In this document: piece by piece, positions 45,561 through 59,141 of the stretch
Layout of the letters: each line of letters starts with the position of its first letter
Numbering within the stretch: position 1 is the first letter of the stretch
Source of the DNA: the human T2T-CHM13v2.0 reference genome, Homo sapiens
Strand: one strand, 5' to 3'
DNA length: 64,000 nt
Assembly (NCBI RefSeq): GCF_009914755.1
Contig: NC_060926.1
Notes under the pieces: generated by a model
What the model saw: only the letters and a program-made list of their open reading frames with translations
What the model was told of the DNA's origin: nothing
The model's database searches: none
Program-made: the position numbers and the translations under genes

Positions 45561-48195
45561 CGACAGTACTCCACAGTGCTATTATGATAAGTCCAACACA
45601 ATGTCAGGTACAGGGGAAGAATGCTCACAGAGGGAAAATTATAACTGACCAAAGACTCCCAAGTTACTGTTCTGGAGTCAGAAATGCTCCTGAAGGCTAC
45701 CAGTTCTCTTTTCTCTCCTCTCCCCATCTTTTTTCAACCAAATGATCAGATTGTCTCAGCATACATCTTTCTTGAGAATTATAAGGATGAACAACCTGAC
45801 TTAGAAAAGGAATATTCACATGTATCTCAAAGCCAAATGCAGAGATCATAAGGAACACGGGTCAAAGCCTGGTGTTAAGAAACAGAGATTAGCAATGTGG
45901 AGTTAAAGTTCACAGCTAGAGCCAGAGACGGTGAACTGTCCAGCTGGCAGCAACCACATCAAATGGAGTCCAAACGACTACAGAGGAGATCTTTGCCTGG
46001 GATGCTGAGAAATTCAACCAGGCTTTTGGATTCCAAACTCCAGGTTGAGGAAAACTGAAACTGCAGCTTCTAATGTGATGATAATGAGACATTTAAAAAT
46101 GAAAATGTAAAGATTATATTAAGCTAGGTAATTTCTTTCACTTCCATGCCATTCCTGGAGCCACCTGAAAGGAAATACCAATGATTCATTTTCTCACTCT
46201 CCTACCCTTCTGAGAAAAACCTACCAATAGTCTGTAAATAATAAGAAAGGGAGAGCTGGTGGCAAAGGCTTTGAGACAAACTCCACACACATACGCCATT
46301 CTTCTAACTAGATTTTGTGCTTTTTATGTGTTCAGTCAAGAATGAAAACAATATTATAAATGTTGTGCTTTCCTGGGTTGACAGATGCTCATCTTGGGAT
46401 GGAGTTATATACACAAATAGAAAATGAGCTGTAACAAGTTCTTTGCAGAGGATAAGTGGGTGTTTTTAGAATCCATGATGAAAACCCACTGTAGCATGTA
46501 TATATTTTTCCTTATTACACAGATTTCTTCTGTAGAACTTTCCTTCCACCACTTTAACCCTCTAACTGACAATTTTCAGTGTTCCTATGTTATTACTGCT
46601 TACTTGGTATAAAGCAGAAAGGATGTTTTACAGCAGCTATATGAAGTACCATTGAGAATTAAATTGCTTTTCTTTCTCCCTCATCATTGTGAATTTGGTA
46701 CAGATGAAAGATGAAAGATTGGCAGCCAGGGAGTCAAGGGTTCACTGTTATCTATGAGATGTACATGATATGGGTAGAAGTGGCCCAAGCTTCCCTCTTC
46801 AAAACAGCCGTATGCCAGCTTTCAAATCTTGGAGAAAGAGCTCTGTGGGAGAGTGTGTCATTTGTAAAAGACAGGATTTCTTAAAAAAAAAACAAAAAAA
46901 CAAAAAAAAAACAAAGAGTAGGGATTTACAAAGCAGTCAGAGGAAAAAAAAAAAGTTGGGAAAATAATTTACAAAGGTGCCTTTTGGGTTCCTGTTTAGC
47001 TCGAGAATGGTGTGAGCCACACTCCTTTTATTTTGCTCATCTTCATCTGTGTGTCTGTTGGCCACCGGAATTCTCTGCCCATTTTTGTTGTGTCTGAACA
47101 AGCGCAGTTCCTGTAACAAACTCTCTCAGCCATAGCCAAGTCCTGAAGCTTCCTATAAAAAGACACAGTCTGAGACTCCAGACCATTGTGGAATGTCTCC
47201 ACATGCTGCTGCTTTCACTTCATCTGTTTTCTATCTGCCTGTTCTTGCCTAGGTGATTTAGCTTTCTTACTGCCTTGCACCTGGTCTCTGCCTTGCAGCT
47301 TAGCTTGATTCTAGCTTTGTTCCTGCACAAAGCTTTTAGCTCCCTCCTTGCAGCTTGGCAGCCAGGTCTCTACCAACCTATACCAAGCCCTGCCTCTTGA
47401 AAACCTGGCCCAGGCTCAGGCAGTTCTGACAGGATACATCACACGCAAAATTTGTAATGGGTTTCTTTCCATCCTGCCTGAACCCTTCTCTTTCCTGTTG
47501 TTTCTCATTGATTTCAAAGCGCCTCTAAACTGCCCAGGGCTTCACCATGAGGGAGCTCACCAAATGCTCAAGTCAATCCTTTTCCTCAGCTATCCACCCT
47601 GCTGGGCTTCAAGCTGCAGCATTTACCTTCCTTTCTTCCTACTGTGAGATTTTGATGGCAGACTCACCTAGCTTGCTTTGTCAAGCATAGCTTCTCATAA
47701 TGCAATATTTAATACACGTTTTTATCATGATGATGAATGTGCTGACCCCACAATTACATTTTGTCTAAATGTTTTATCTCTCCAGTGCAAACCTGCTACT
47801 ACTCCTGTGATCTCTATTTTTGTTTATAGTTCCACCATTTTTCCAGGCTTCCAGCCCCAAATAGCAAGAACTCCTCTGATTTCCCTCTTGCTGTCACACT
47901 AAACCTTCTTTCAAATCCTGATTCTCATCCATCCCCAATTTTCTATTCCCACTACCGTGGGATATTGAAAGTGTCTCCTAATTTGCCCTCCTGCTTATAG
48001 ACTTCTCCCTTCAAATCCACTTTATATCCTACTGCCACTTTAAGCTTTCAGAAGCTGCTGAATTTCTGCTCCTCATTTACTTACTAAAGTCATTCCAGAA
48101 AAGGTAGTTAATTCCTTTCCATTTCAGTTTCTCATCTATAAAATTATGATATCTCAAAATAATTATATTGTTAATTATTTTTTAGTGCTCCATTG

Positions 48196-48660
48196 TGACA
48201 AGGATTCTTTGCTTGACCAAACTTTAGTCAGGATTCTGAACCTTCTCCTAAGCCCATCTGTGCATTTACTGGTAAAATCTAATTTTAACAAAAACCCTGC
48301 ATCCTTGATATTGGCTCACCCTCTACATCTGATCAGTGATTCCTCATCCACCATTTCACAGGTGATGGCTGCTCACTCTGGCCTATCTTCAGCAAGAATC
48401 CATTCAGATTTGTTCAGCTAGAATCTTCGTTGCCCCTCATATCTCCTCTTAAGTAATTTTTCATACATTGACCTCCCGCTCTGCTCCTTGGCTATTAATT
48501 CTTGCTTGTCCATGCTATATACAAAGTTGAACCGTATCTCTCTCTCCCCTACTGCAAAAATCCCATGGCCATAGTCTGTATACCTATTGGGATGATCTGG
48601 AAAAAAGTCTTCTCTGCCATGCTTTATCAAACATCAATGAATTTTTTTCTTCATTAATTG
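48196..48660 (+). mobile_element. MER31A-like ERV1 solo LTR
   Basis: tgacaaggattctttgcttgaccaaactttagtcagg...ccttctcctaagcccatctgtgca start. Confidence 0.8.
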
Positions 48661-48683
48661 TCATAGAACAAAGCACAAGACTT

Positions 48684-49138
48684 TGAAAGAAAAATAAAAA
48701 CTTGATACTCTAATTTACTATGCCAAAAGGAAAAAAAGTAGGCTGAAAGTTGAGTTGTATGAGAAGCTGTCTTTCCTTTTGTTCCTAAGCAGATAGCTAC
48801 AGATAAAATGTTAAATATATCCACAGGTAGCTACTCTATGTTCAGCTTATCTTATGCAAAGTGCCAATTTACTGAGCATGAGACAAATACATAATTGACT
48901 CTTCCCTTACCTGCTTTTTTTCTCTTGACAACATGTGGATTACCAAACCCTCCCTCTTTCCCTTCTAGCCCACTTTTCCCCTTTAAATATTGAAGCTCTC
49001 AGATTCATCTTTGGAGAAAGGCACAGACCACAGATTGTTCTGTGATTCTGTGTTTTTTCCTTGTGGGCATGTCCTTAACCTTGGAAAAATAAACTTCTAA
49101 ATTGAGTAACAGCTATCTGAGATACTTTTTGGTTTACA
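48684..49138 (+). mobile_element. 5' LTR of a MER4-group (MER4C-like) provirus
   Basis: TG...CA; collinear direct repeat of 56006-56456; AATAAA near 49088. Confidence 0.9.
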
Positions 49139-49712
49139 AATTCATGAGCAATGAAACGGACTCTGAGTGGAGATGGCCCTGACATTTCATAAATCTCCTG
49201 TGGGTGCTTGGTACCAGCTTAGGCTATCTTTACTGCTCTATCCAATAGGACAATTTGCTGAGGTGTGGGAGCTCCCTGCTCCAGAGAATCCCTGATCTCC
49301 CAAATTTTTGTTGAGAGCTAAGGTTTACTTTGCTGTCCAACTTTTCTGGAGTTTCAGCTCACTTCCAACAAGGAAGAGAAGTTTGAGTTTCTTCCTGCTT
49401 CTAAGATAGAGAGCAGTCTTGAGCCTGGGCCCCATTCATAGATAAGTAGCTGAATTGGGGTTTTGACTTGGAAATTCTCATTAATGACTAAAAGTTAAGA
49501 TTGACAGCCAGCTGATCTTAATTTCTCTTTACCATTAGAGCATTCCATAATTGTATTGTGTGTTTTTGTTGTTGTTGTTGTCATTGTTGCTTCAGTCTTT
49601 TTCCCATCAGATTTGACCAACTGTACCCAACTTGGTGAAATCCAAATGAGAATTTCAAATTATGGAGAAAAAGGCCTCTGACTTGGCTAAAATTCCACAC
49701 AGCTGCAAAAAC

Positions 49713-49745
<33 letters not shown>

Positions 49746-50371
49746 ACACGTGCTTGGTTTCTCTGTTCACTCCTTTCTTAAAATAATGGTTTTTTGTTTA
49801 CTTTTATTCCACCCTATTCCTCCTTTCCCTTTTGTCATCTTTAGTACCAAGCAAAAAAAGAAAAAAAAAAGAATTAGAGAAGGCTTCTAATACACTGACC
49901 TCTTTAAGAACTCAGGATAAAGGTGCTGCTCATCCCCTTTTGGGGTGTTCTGCTTTCTTTATGGAATTTCAACAGTCATGGGCAGATTCTTCTCAGGTCT
50001 AAAGCCCTGCTTTTTTGTATTGCATTACCTAACCTCTTTGGCTTTTGTGGGTACCAGAGATTACCTTATACTATGAGAGGATTTGACCTTGGTATGTGTA
50101 ATTTTGGACAAGAGCTACAATGTTAGTGATGGTTAAGAATAGGTTACAGGAAATAGTCATTACTACAGGGGGCCACTCATTTCTTTGCACATTTAGATAA
50201 GAAAATTGTGCATGATTTCTTTGCCCTGTTCCTTAAACGGCTCCACCCAAAAGCCAGTAATCGAATCAAGCTAAACTGAAAATACCACCTATCAAACTAA
50301 GTGACTTTAACAAAACTCTTTATAAAGAAAATTTACATCTTTAAAGGAAATCTCCATTTTGTAAGAGCATC

Positions 50372-50720
50372 TGTATTGGTCTGTTCTCATGCTGCTAATT
50401 AAGACATACTTGAGACTTAGTAATTTATAAAGGAAAGAGGGTTAATTGACTCACAGTTCCATATGGCTGGGGAGGCCTGGACAATCATGGCAGAAGGCAA
50501 AGGGGAAGCAAGGCACATCTTACATGACATCAAGCAAGAGAGCTTGTGTAGGCAAACACCCCTTTATAAAACTATCAGATCTCCTGAGACTATCATGAGA
50601 ACAGCACAGGAAAGAGCCACTCCCACGATTCAATTACCTGCCACCAGGCCCCTCCCATGGCACGTGGTAATCATGGGAGCTACAATTCAAGATGAGATTT
50701 GGCAATACAGCCAAACCCCA
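50372..50720 (-). mobile_element. THE1B/C MaLR solo LTR nested in the provirus
   Basis: tgtattggtctgttctcatgctgcta...; perfect TSD gcatc (50367-50371 / 50721-50725). Confidence 0.9.
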
Positions 50721-53700
50721 GCATCTCTGTCTCTGCACCTAAACCACTAGGAAGTATAACTAGAGTGAAGACAATAGCTTAAAGTTTACACAACAGAACT
50801 TTCCTTTGTTTCAATCTAATTGGAAATTAGATATTGCCTTTGAGATGTGCATTTTCCACCTTGCTTCACCTAAGTCATGTCTTTGGAGATGCAAATTTAG
50901 AGTTGCATCTAGTTAGCAATTATTTAGGACATGAAACAGATAATCAAGAAATTAATAGTCTAAAGTAGGGAAGGCAACATTTTTGAAAACAAGCAAATGA
51001 AAAATCTTAAATGTATAAGATCTGCCTCGTCTGGGTCTGTTTATATGTGCCATATATTTATATGTGTTATGTAGAAATAATATGAAACTACCAATTATAT
51101 GAAAGAGCTCTAATTACTTGACTAAAAGTAAGTGTTTATCAAATTAATAGAAGCTAGCTCAGAGTCATTTCTGTTCACACGACTTTAGTAATCTTTGGTA
51201 AGATTAATTTGGTAAATTTAGTTTCAAAATTCTCCAGTAATTTAACATCATGTTATGATAAATTAAGTAATTCTAGGGTTTTCACTGGAAATTAGTGGAA
51301 TAGTAGGAAGGTAAGATGTGTTTTTGGTACTTTATAAAAGACATGAGGATGTGGTTTTTGCTTAGAAAAATGTAGTTTTTTTTCTAGTTTAAAGGACCTT
51401 TCTACTGGTGTTGAGATTAAAAACCACCATTCACATCCAACCATTATTTTATAAAGTGTTAAGTTTGTATTGATTTTTCATGGCTAGAGTTACAAAGTAA
51501 AAACTATAAGATCTTTATTTGTATGAGTGTGTATGTGTGCTTAGGTGTGTTATGTGTATGTACATGTGTTTTGCTATGTATTGTGCCCATGAGATACCAA
51601 ATTAGTTTAAAAATTAAAGTACTCATAAATTTAGTAAACAAGCCCAAATGCTTTTCAAGGTCATGTGACGTAAGTAAATATTTAATAAATAAGCTGGCTT
51701 TATAATTATTGGTAAAATAAAATTAGAAATGTTTTCTGAATTGTCAACATATATTATCATTAGGTTTATTAGCCAAATGGTTATATATTTATCCCTGCTA
51801 AATATTATAAGGTGTAAAGATTTGGTATGGGGGTTAAAAAACTATAAATGCAGCTCAAAAAAGAATTATCTTTGTATTTTTTAAATAAATAAAACATTTA
51901 ATATTGTTGGTTTAATGAAAATAGCTAAATCCTGAGTTATAGGCAAAAAAAAAAGCACCGAACACATTTATTTAAACTTAAATTTTCTACTTAGGTAAAT
52001 ACCTGAAATTCACAGACCATAAAAATGGTTAACAGGGAAATAACTTTAAATGATGACTATCACAGTTTTCATAAGTAATCTAGGTAAACTATTTAAAATA
52101 CTAATTAATTAGGTCAATATAATGGCATAAGTACTTATAAACTTGTCATATACTTTAGAATTTAAGATTAAATTAAATAATAAATATTTATTAAATATCT
52201 GAGACATTTTCAATTTTTGTTTAATTATAGAACTTTAAAAAAAAAACACACACAATGCTTTCCTATTAAAAGGAAACAATTTTTCTCTAATTCAAAGGCT
52301 ATTTGTAAAACAAGGTAAAAGGAACCAGTAAATAAGAGAGATGGAAAGAAAGTTATAAACATATAGAGGTGTTTTTAGTAGGAAAGTTTAAAAGGAAAAT
52401 AATTTTATATGAGAAAAAATCTTATATGGTAAATTTTTTTGTTCTAAAATAAATTGACTAATATTTAAGAAAATGGGATTTTAGGATAAAACAGGAAATT
52501 CAAGCTTGTCAATGGTTTGCGTAAGTCATAATAAGTTTGTAAAAAGTGAATTTGTGGAAAAACAAACTTTATTTGATCAGATTGGCTATAATTAAAAGGT
52601 AAGTATTTATAATACTGTTTCTAGAGATTGGGCTTTGATATTAAAAATATACTAATAAACTAAAGAATTGATTAAAACAACAAAAACACAAGAGATTTCA
52701 ATTTTTTTTAACCCAACGGTTTCCCTTTTACTGCATCTCAATGTTTCCAGCTTTCTCCTTCAACTTTTCCATCAGCTCCTATAACCTTTTTTCCTCAGGT
52801 TCTAACTGCTGTTGTGGTCTGATGTGGTTTAATCTTAAAGGTCTAAATAAAACGTTTTATTTCTTCTGTGCTCTTGGCTTTAAATTCTTCTATGAAATGA
52901 GAAACATTCACTTATGACCCGGGACACACTTTTTCTATGTCTAACTAATTCAAGTACCATTTTCATTAGTTTTGAACTCTAAATGGACTCCCCATAGGGA
53001 AGAGCAATCACACTTCAGGCCTTCTTTTTTCTTTTTGATAACTAACCTAACAAACAGACATTATGTTTTATTGAAATAATTTCTATATCATTGTTACTAA
53101 TTTTTTGGATTTGCCTAGGAAAACTGAAATTAAAAAAGATTAAGGTTATTACATCCATGTAACTTTTCGTATTGCTTTTAAAGGCCTTGTGCTCTTAAGT
53201 TATAGGACTTTAATTCCTGGGTCTAAAAAGTATACCAAATACTGCTAAATCTTAAACACTGACACCAATTAGATTGTCATCTTCAGACTTGGGAGAGGAT
53301 GACAATCAAAATAAATATATTTGTGAGACACAGAATCAGAAATTAAAACTATTCAACCCCTCTAGGCCCAGGGGCTATTACAAAAGAGATGGGCATGTGA
53401 GATTTTAAGGGCTGATTTTGAGAGACATAACTCATTCAGAGTTTCTCTATAAATTAAAAATTATTATTAAAGGCACACTAATGCAAGAGCAGCAGCTGGG
53501 CCCCTGTATCATATTAACAAGGTTTTCTTGGAGCATTCACCCATTATTTAATTTGAAAAAAAACGAAAGGCCATAAAAAGGTTTATAGAAATTATATCTT
53601 ACGGTCAAGATGATTAGAATTTAATAGATTTGTTTAGAAGATTTGAGAGACAGATTTAATTGGTCTCATAATGTGTTTATTAGGGCTTATTATTTGGGAA

Positions 53701-53789
53701 TGTAAGTCTCCTATCTCAAATAATAAAGGCTTTTGCTTCTTTTTTTGAAGTCTTTTGGTTGTCACTTTAACTAAATGAAAGGCTTATTT

Positions 53790-54126
53790 TAGGGATCTCC
53801 AAGCCCTGGGCCATGCACTAATACAGGTTCGTGGCCCTTTAGGAGCCAGACTACACAGAGTTGGTGAGCAGCAGGCAAGCAAGCATCACCCCCTGAGCTC
53901 TACCTCCTATCAGATCAGCGGTGGCATTACATTTTCATAGGAGCACGAACCCTAATGTGAACTGTGCATGTAAGGGATCTAGGTTGCACTCACCTTATAA
54001 GAATCTAATGCCTGATGATCTGAGGTGGAACAACTTCATCCTGAAACCATCCCCACCCCCTGCATTCGTGGAAGAATTGTCTTCCACAAAACCAGTTCCT
54101 GGTGACAAAAAACTTGGGGACCACTG
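53790..54126. mobile_element. MER1B hAT-Charlie DNA transposon nested in the provirus
   Basis: TIR-like ends tagggatctcc / ggggaccactg; 8-bp TSD gcttattt (53782-53789 / 54127-54134). Confidence 0.9.
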
Positions 54127-54424
54127 GCTTATTTTACAATGACCTGAGATACTATTTTGTGATATCTAGTGTTTTAAACTTTTGATATTTGACAAAATTT
54201 CCAAAATGAAATATTAAATTTAGTCTTTTGACCTCATTAATTATTTCATATTAGATCCCCTGAAGTCCCAAAGAGATATATTTGGCTTATTTAGTATAAT
54301 AATATCATACCGGAAGCATTGTCAAATACAAAATGGTATTTAACCTTCTTTGTATTAGATTTATATTATTTGGATTAAATAATAACACATTGGCATAAAT
54401 TTGTTATTTGCTTTCCAAAATCTT

Positions 54425-54750
<326 letters not shown>

Positions 54751-56005
54751 TTATAGCTTTTAACAATTGAGTATTCCCTAGTGAGCAGAATTTAAAACAC
54801 AATTTATTTCTACATAATTTCTCTAATATTTAGAAACTATTTGTGAATATTCTTAATCTATGGCAATGTAGTTATTTTCATAAATTCAAAATGAGAAACT
54901 GTTTTATTTTACAACAGTACATAATTGAAGACACTGGTTATTTTACCAATGCTTTAACTGGAATGATGTATTTTCATATAACCTTGAGAACATGAGGCTG
55001 ACTTATACAGCTGATAAAAGCCCCCTGGGAAAACTGGCCTCATACCTCATCTTTTATAGGGGCCTTACCTGTGGTATGTAAAGAATGTCAATTTCTGGCA
55101 GGCCTAGGAACTCCAAGTTTTATCAGGACCTTAAAAAGAGAGGAATTCACTCATTTCATACAGGTATATGCAGACACAAATAAATTTTTGGCTGGGCTTG
55201 AGGTTTTTAAAAATCTCTTAATGTTAGATTCCTTATGGAAAAGTTTCCAGCAAAGCCAATTAAAAAAGAGATCTTATATGGCAAATAATTATTTCTCCTG
55301 CACTTTATGCAAATAATCAAGCTAAGTATATAAGACTACAATTTATTTTACAAATTAATTGGTCTTACTATCATTTTTTCTTTAATAAAATCGGGGAATT
55401 GAAGAGATAAAATTATGTTTCCAAATAAACTATACTATACCCGTTATTAGATTCTTGCCTTGTCCAGTGTTTTTCAGTTTTTATTATTTTCTACAAATTG
55501 GACTGAATCCTAAAATTTTTCTGGCTGCAAGTCTCCAAAATCATGACTTTTTTCTTCTATTGACATTTTGCCTGATTTCAAAACACTAAAAATTAAGTTA
55601 TGCTTTCCTTAAATTTTTGCAAACGGATACAAGATGACTTAAACTTTTGAGGAAAATAACAGCAACGTATTCATATACATGAAACATTTTCATACCTGCC
55701 TACTGATTTATGGACTTCAGAATAATATGGCTTCTATCAGTTTTCCAGGATTGTGCTACCTTTTTGTTTTTTATTTTCCATCTTTTGCTCCGTTTTCTTT
55801 CTCCCTATCTCCTCCTATTTGTTTTCTTCATGAGACATGAGTCTTCACAACCTGCTAAAAATGAGTTTGCCTAATAACGTGGGACCTATACCTCTAGGAA
55901 TAAACTGTTCTATCAGCAAAAGATCAGAAAAAACCCAAGACCAGAGACTTGTTTTCTTCTAAAATACTTTCTCCTAAAGATTTTAAAAGGAAAAAAGAGG
56001 AGAAA

Positions 56006-56456
56006 TGTAAAACAAAAATAAAAACTTGGGACCCCAATTCACTACGCCAAAAGGAAAAATTAAGCTTAAAGCTGAGTCATGCAAAAAGCTGCGTTTTCTT
56101 TTGTTGCTAAGCATATAGCTACAAAGGATTAAATATCTCCACAGGTAGCTACTATGTTCAGCTTATCTTACGTAAAGTACCAATTTGCTGAGCATAAAAC
56201 AGATACATAATTGACCATTCCCCTATCTGCTCCTTTTCTCTTGCAACATATCAATCGCCATACCCCTCCCTCTTTTCCCATCCAGACCACTTTTCCTCTT
56301 TAAATATTGAATCCCTTAAATTCATATTTGGAGAAAGGCACAGACCACAGATTGATCTGTGATTCTGTGTGTTTTTCTCCTGGACATGTCCTTAACCTTC
56401 GCAAAATAAACTTCTAAATTGATTGAGACCTATCTCAGATCCTTTTTTGGTTTACA
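56006..56456 (+). mobile_element. 3' LTR of the MER4-group provirus
   Basis: TG...CA directly after the PPT; homologous to 48684-49138. Confidence 0.9.
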
Positions 56457-56559
56457 GCTCTTAACCAGTCTTTGAAAGCTTTTAAATTTCCATCTATTTA
56501 GTCAAACTTATTTTCCTTTTCCCTCATTTTACTTTCAATGATTTAATGTTGGTGAAGAT

Positions 56560-56790
56560 AATAATGACATTAATGCCTAATATTTATTTAACATTTACTA
56601 TGTGCCAGAGCTATTTTTCTCACTTTTACATGAACTAACTCATTTAAACCTTAAATTATAACAAGAATAATTATAATGCACTTTTTGCAAATGGGAAATT
56701 AAAGCTAAATGAAATTAAGATAATTTATCCCAAACTGCACAGCTAGAAAGTGGAGGAGCTCGAATTTGAACTTACAGCACCTCTCACATA
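56560..56790 (-). mobile_element. MIR
   Basis: catttactatgtgccag...aactcatttaa...cacagctagaaagtggaggagctcgaatttgaac. Confidence 0.75.
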
Positions 56791-56829
56791 GGTAAAGTTT
56801 TAAGTCCTTTACACAAATCAGTTACATTT

Positions 56830-57940
56830 TTAAAACTATTACTCTTTTATTGTGAAACATTAAGAACTGACAGAAAAGTGAACAAATATGTATAGTTTAT
56901 GTAGTTATTACAAGACAAAACCCAAGTAAACTATAGAAAATTGTCAACTTCCCTGGAGCTTCTTTGTGCCCTCTCAATTACCTCTTCCATTCACAAATGT
57001 AACTACTCCCTTGATTTTGTTTCATGGTAAACATTTCCTAGGTTTTATTTATAGATTTATAGTCTTATCAGCTAAATATGTACCCTAGCAATTTATAAAT
57101 ATATATAGCATACAGTATGTTTGAATATACAGGCATTTTATATATATAGTATACAGACATTTATATATAATAATTTAAAATTATATAAAATTATATATGA
57201 TTTACATATAATATCTGTATATTCAAACATACTGTATGCATTCTTTTGTGCTAGGTTCCTTTTACTCAATATTTTATATGTGAGATTCTTCCTTGTGGTT
57301 GCATATACCAGAAATTAATTCATTTTCATTCTATATATTATTTCATGAAAAGGTCATTTTTTAAATCCATTTTTACCTTGGATGGATTTTTGAATTGATT
57401 CTACTGTACATCTCCTGTATTTACATGCTAGGGCATACATGCATCCATTTCTGTTGAGTATATATCTAGAAATAAAATTTCTGGGCCAAAGAAGATAAGT
57501 ATGTTTAACCTCACTAAAATATGCCAAACTATTTTCCCCAAAATGGTTGTACCTATTTATATTACCACCAGCAATGTACCCAAAGTTCTCATTGTTTCTC
57601 ACCCTCATCAATATTTCACCTAGTAGTCTTTCTAATTTAGATCATTCTGACAGAACCACAGTGGAATCTCACTGAAGTTTTAATTTGCATTTCCTTGATT
57701 ACTAGTGAGTATGAGCAAAGTTTCACTTGTCTGAATACTTGAATATCCTGTTGCTTGAAATGCCTGTTCAGGTATCTTGCCATTTTTATATCAAATTTTG
57801 TGTCTTTTTCTATTTGCTCAAATATTTTTATGTATTTTTCATATGAGTGCTTTATGATTATATTTATTGCATATATATTCTTGTATGTTTTAGCTTGCAT
57901 TTTCATTTGCTTAATGTTTTTTGGTTTTTATTAATATCGT
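56830..57940 (-). mobile_element. Old L1M (MC/ME-like) 3' fragment
   Basis: tgtgagattcttccttgtggttgca...atttcttgg...ttttaatttgcatttccttgattacta antisense L1 motifs. Confidence 0.75.
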
Positions 57941-58040
57941 CCAAAATAGCAAGGTTTTCTTCTTTTTCTTGTTTTCAATAGGGGGCATTTATTTCATCTT
58001 TAACATGGAACAAATAGTCCTCAGAAATCATCCAACTTCT

Positions 58041-58273
58041 TTCTTTGTTTTATTTTTATAATTTAAACTTTAACTTTAGATTCAGGGGGTATATGAATAG
58101 GTTTGTTACAAGGATATGTCGCCTAATGCTGAGGTTTGGTGTATAAATGATCCCATCACCCAAGTAGTGAGCATGGTACCCAATAGTTAGTATTTCAACC
58201 CTTGCCATGATGCTCTCCCTTGTACTAGTCCCCAGTGTCTATTGTTCCCATCTTTATGTCCGTATGTACCCAA
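58041..58273 (-). mobile_element. Short 3' fragment of an older primate L1 (L1PA15/16-like) inside the RPL9 pseudogene 3' UTR
   Basis: ttagattcagggggta...gctgaggtttgg...gatcccatcacccaagtagtgagcat; TSD ccaacttct (58032-58040) / ccagcttct (58274-58282). Confidence 0.85.
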
Positions 58274-58336
58274 CCAGCTTCTCATTGTTTCTGCATCTGA
58301 ACAACTCGTGGATCTCTTTATCAGCCTGTTGAACTA

Positions 58337-58390
58337 TTTTTTTTTTTTTCAGATGAGATCAGGTGCATTCAAGATGGTATGGCCATAGAC
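58337..58390 (-). pseudogene. 5S rRNA 5' fragment (nt 1-42) retrocopy with poly(A) tail
   Basis: Reverse complement gtctatggccataccatcttgaatgcacctgatctcatctga matches 5S GTCTACGGCCATACCACCCTGAACGCGCCCGATCTCGTCTGA at 35/42, with 5 of 7 changes at CpG; T13 at 58337-58349. Confidence 0.92.
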
Positions 58391-59141
58391 CTACTCCATT
58401 TTCAGAAACATAGCTTCTATCCAATTTTTTTTTGGATATTTTTTGTTTTTAACTGTTGGCTTACTGAACCAAAGCAGCTGAATTTGATACGAGTTCCATG
58501 TCATTTCCTTCTAGGACTACCTCCACTTTCTGGGCTTGAGATACTAAGCAAGTAACACCTAGCCTCATCTGAACCTGCAGATATATTTTTTACTTAAGAA
58601 ATTTTGTATTTAAATGAGACCCATTCTCCTTAATAAGGATGTTGATAAATAAGTCAGCATACAGAGGACTCACCTTATTACAGAAGCTGTGTAATACCCT
58701 TGATTATGTTCTGTATATGACTAAAGACAATGGAAATGGTAGCCAGTTATTTCTCCATTATTTGTCAAACAGGAGTCTTCCTTTTCTTTCTAAGCAGATG
58801 GAGTTCTACCTTGATATAATTTTTTAAAATTTATTTAGTTTACTAATTAATTCATTTTTAAATACAGATGTGTGTTATGAACATTGATATGATTGAAGTC
58901 ACTCTGCAGAGCTCCTCTGGGGCCCATGACAATAACTGTGCATCCTTTCAGAGTGATGTTAACAGACTGATGTATCTACCTACCTGTCTAGTTATCTACT
59001 AATTTATTTCTTTGCATTACAAAGTAAGTTACAGATAATACACATTCCTGAACACTCCAATATTCATATTATTAAAATAAATTCAATAAATGTTTATGGG
59101 TTTTTTGTTTTTTGATTTTTGAGGTAAATTTACATAGAATG

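Larger units (their letters stand above)
57955..58970 (-). pseudogene. RPL9: Processed pseudogene of ribosomal protein L9 (uL6), degraded and interrupted
   Basis: Minus-strand translations [26 protein letters not shown] (58957-58880), VSQAQK (58544-58527) and [16 protein letters not shown] (58511-58461) match remembered RPL9 [26 protein letters not shown] / [28 protein letters not shown]; no introns; AATAAA (tttatt, 57988-57993) and degraded A tail; stops and indels. Symbol is the parent gene. Confidence 0.9.

Noticed and set aside
58349-58390. Functional 5S rRNA gene
   Set aside because: Only 42 of about 120 nt, CpG-decayed, A-tailed and lacking the internal control region
58639-58827. 62-aa plus-strand ORF
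   Set aside because: Antisense chance ORF over the RPL9 pseudogene
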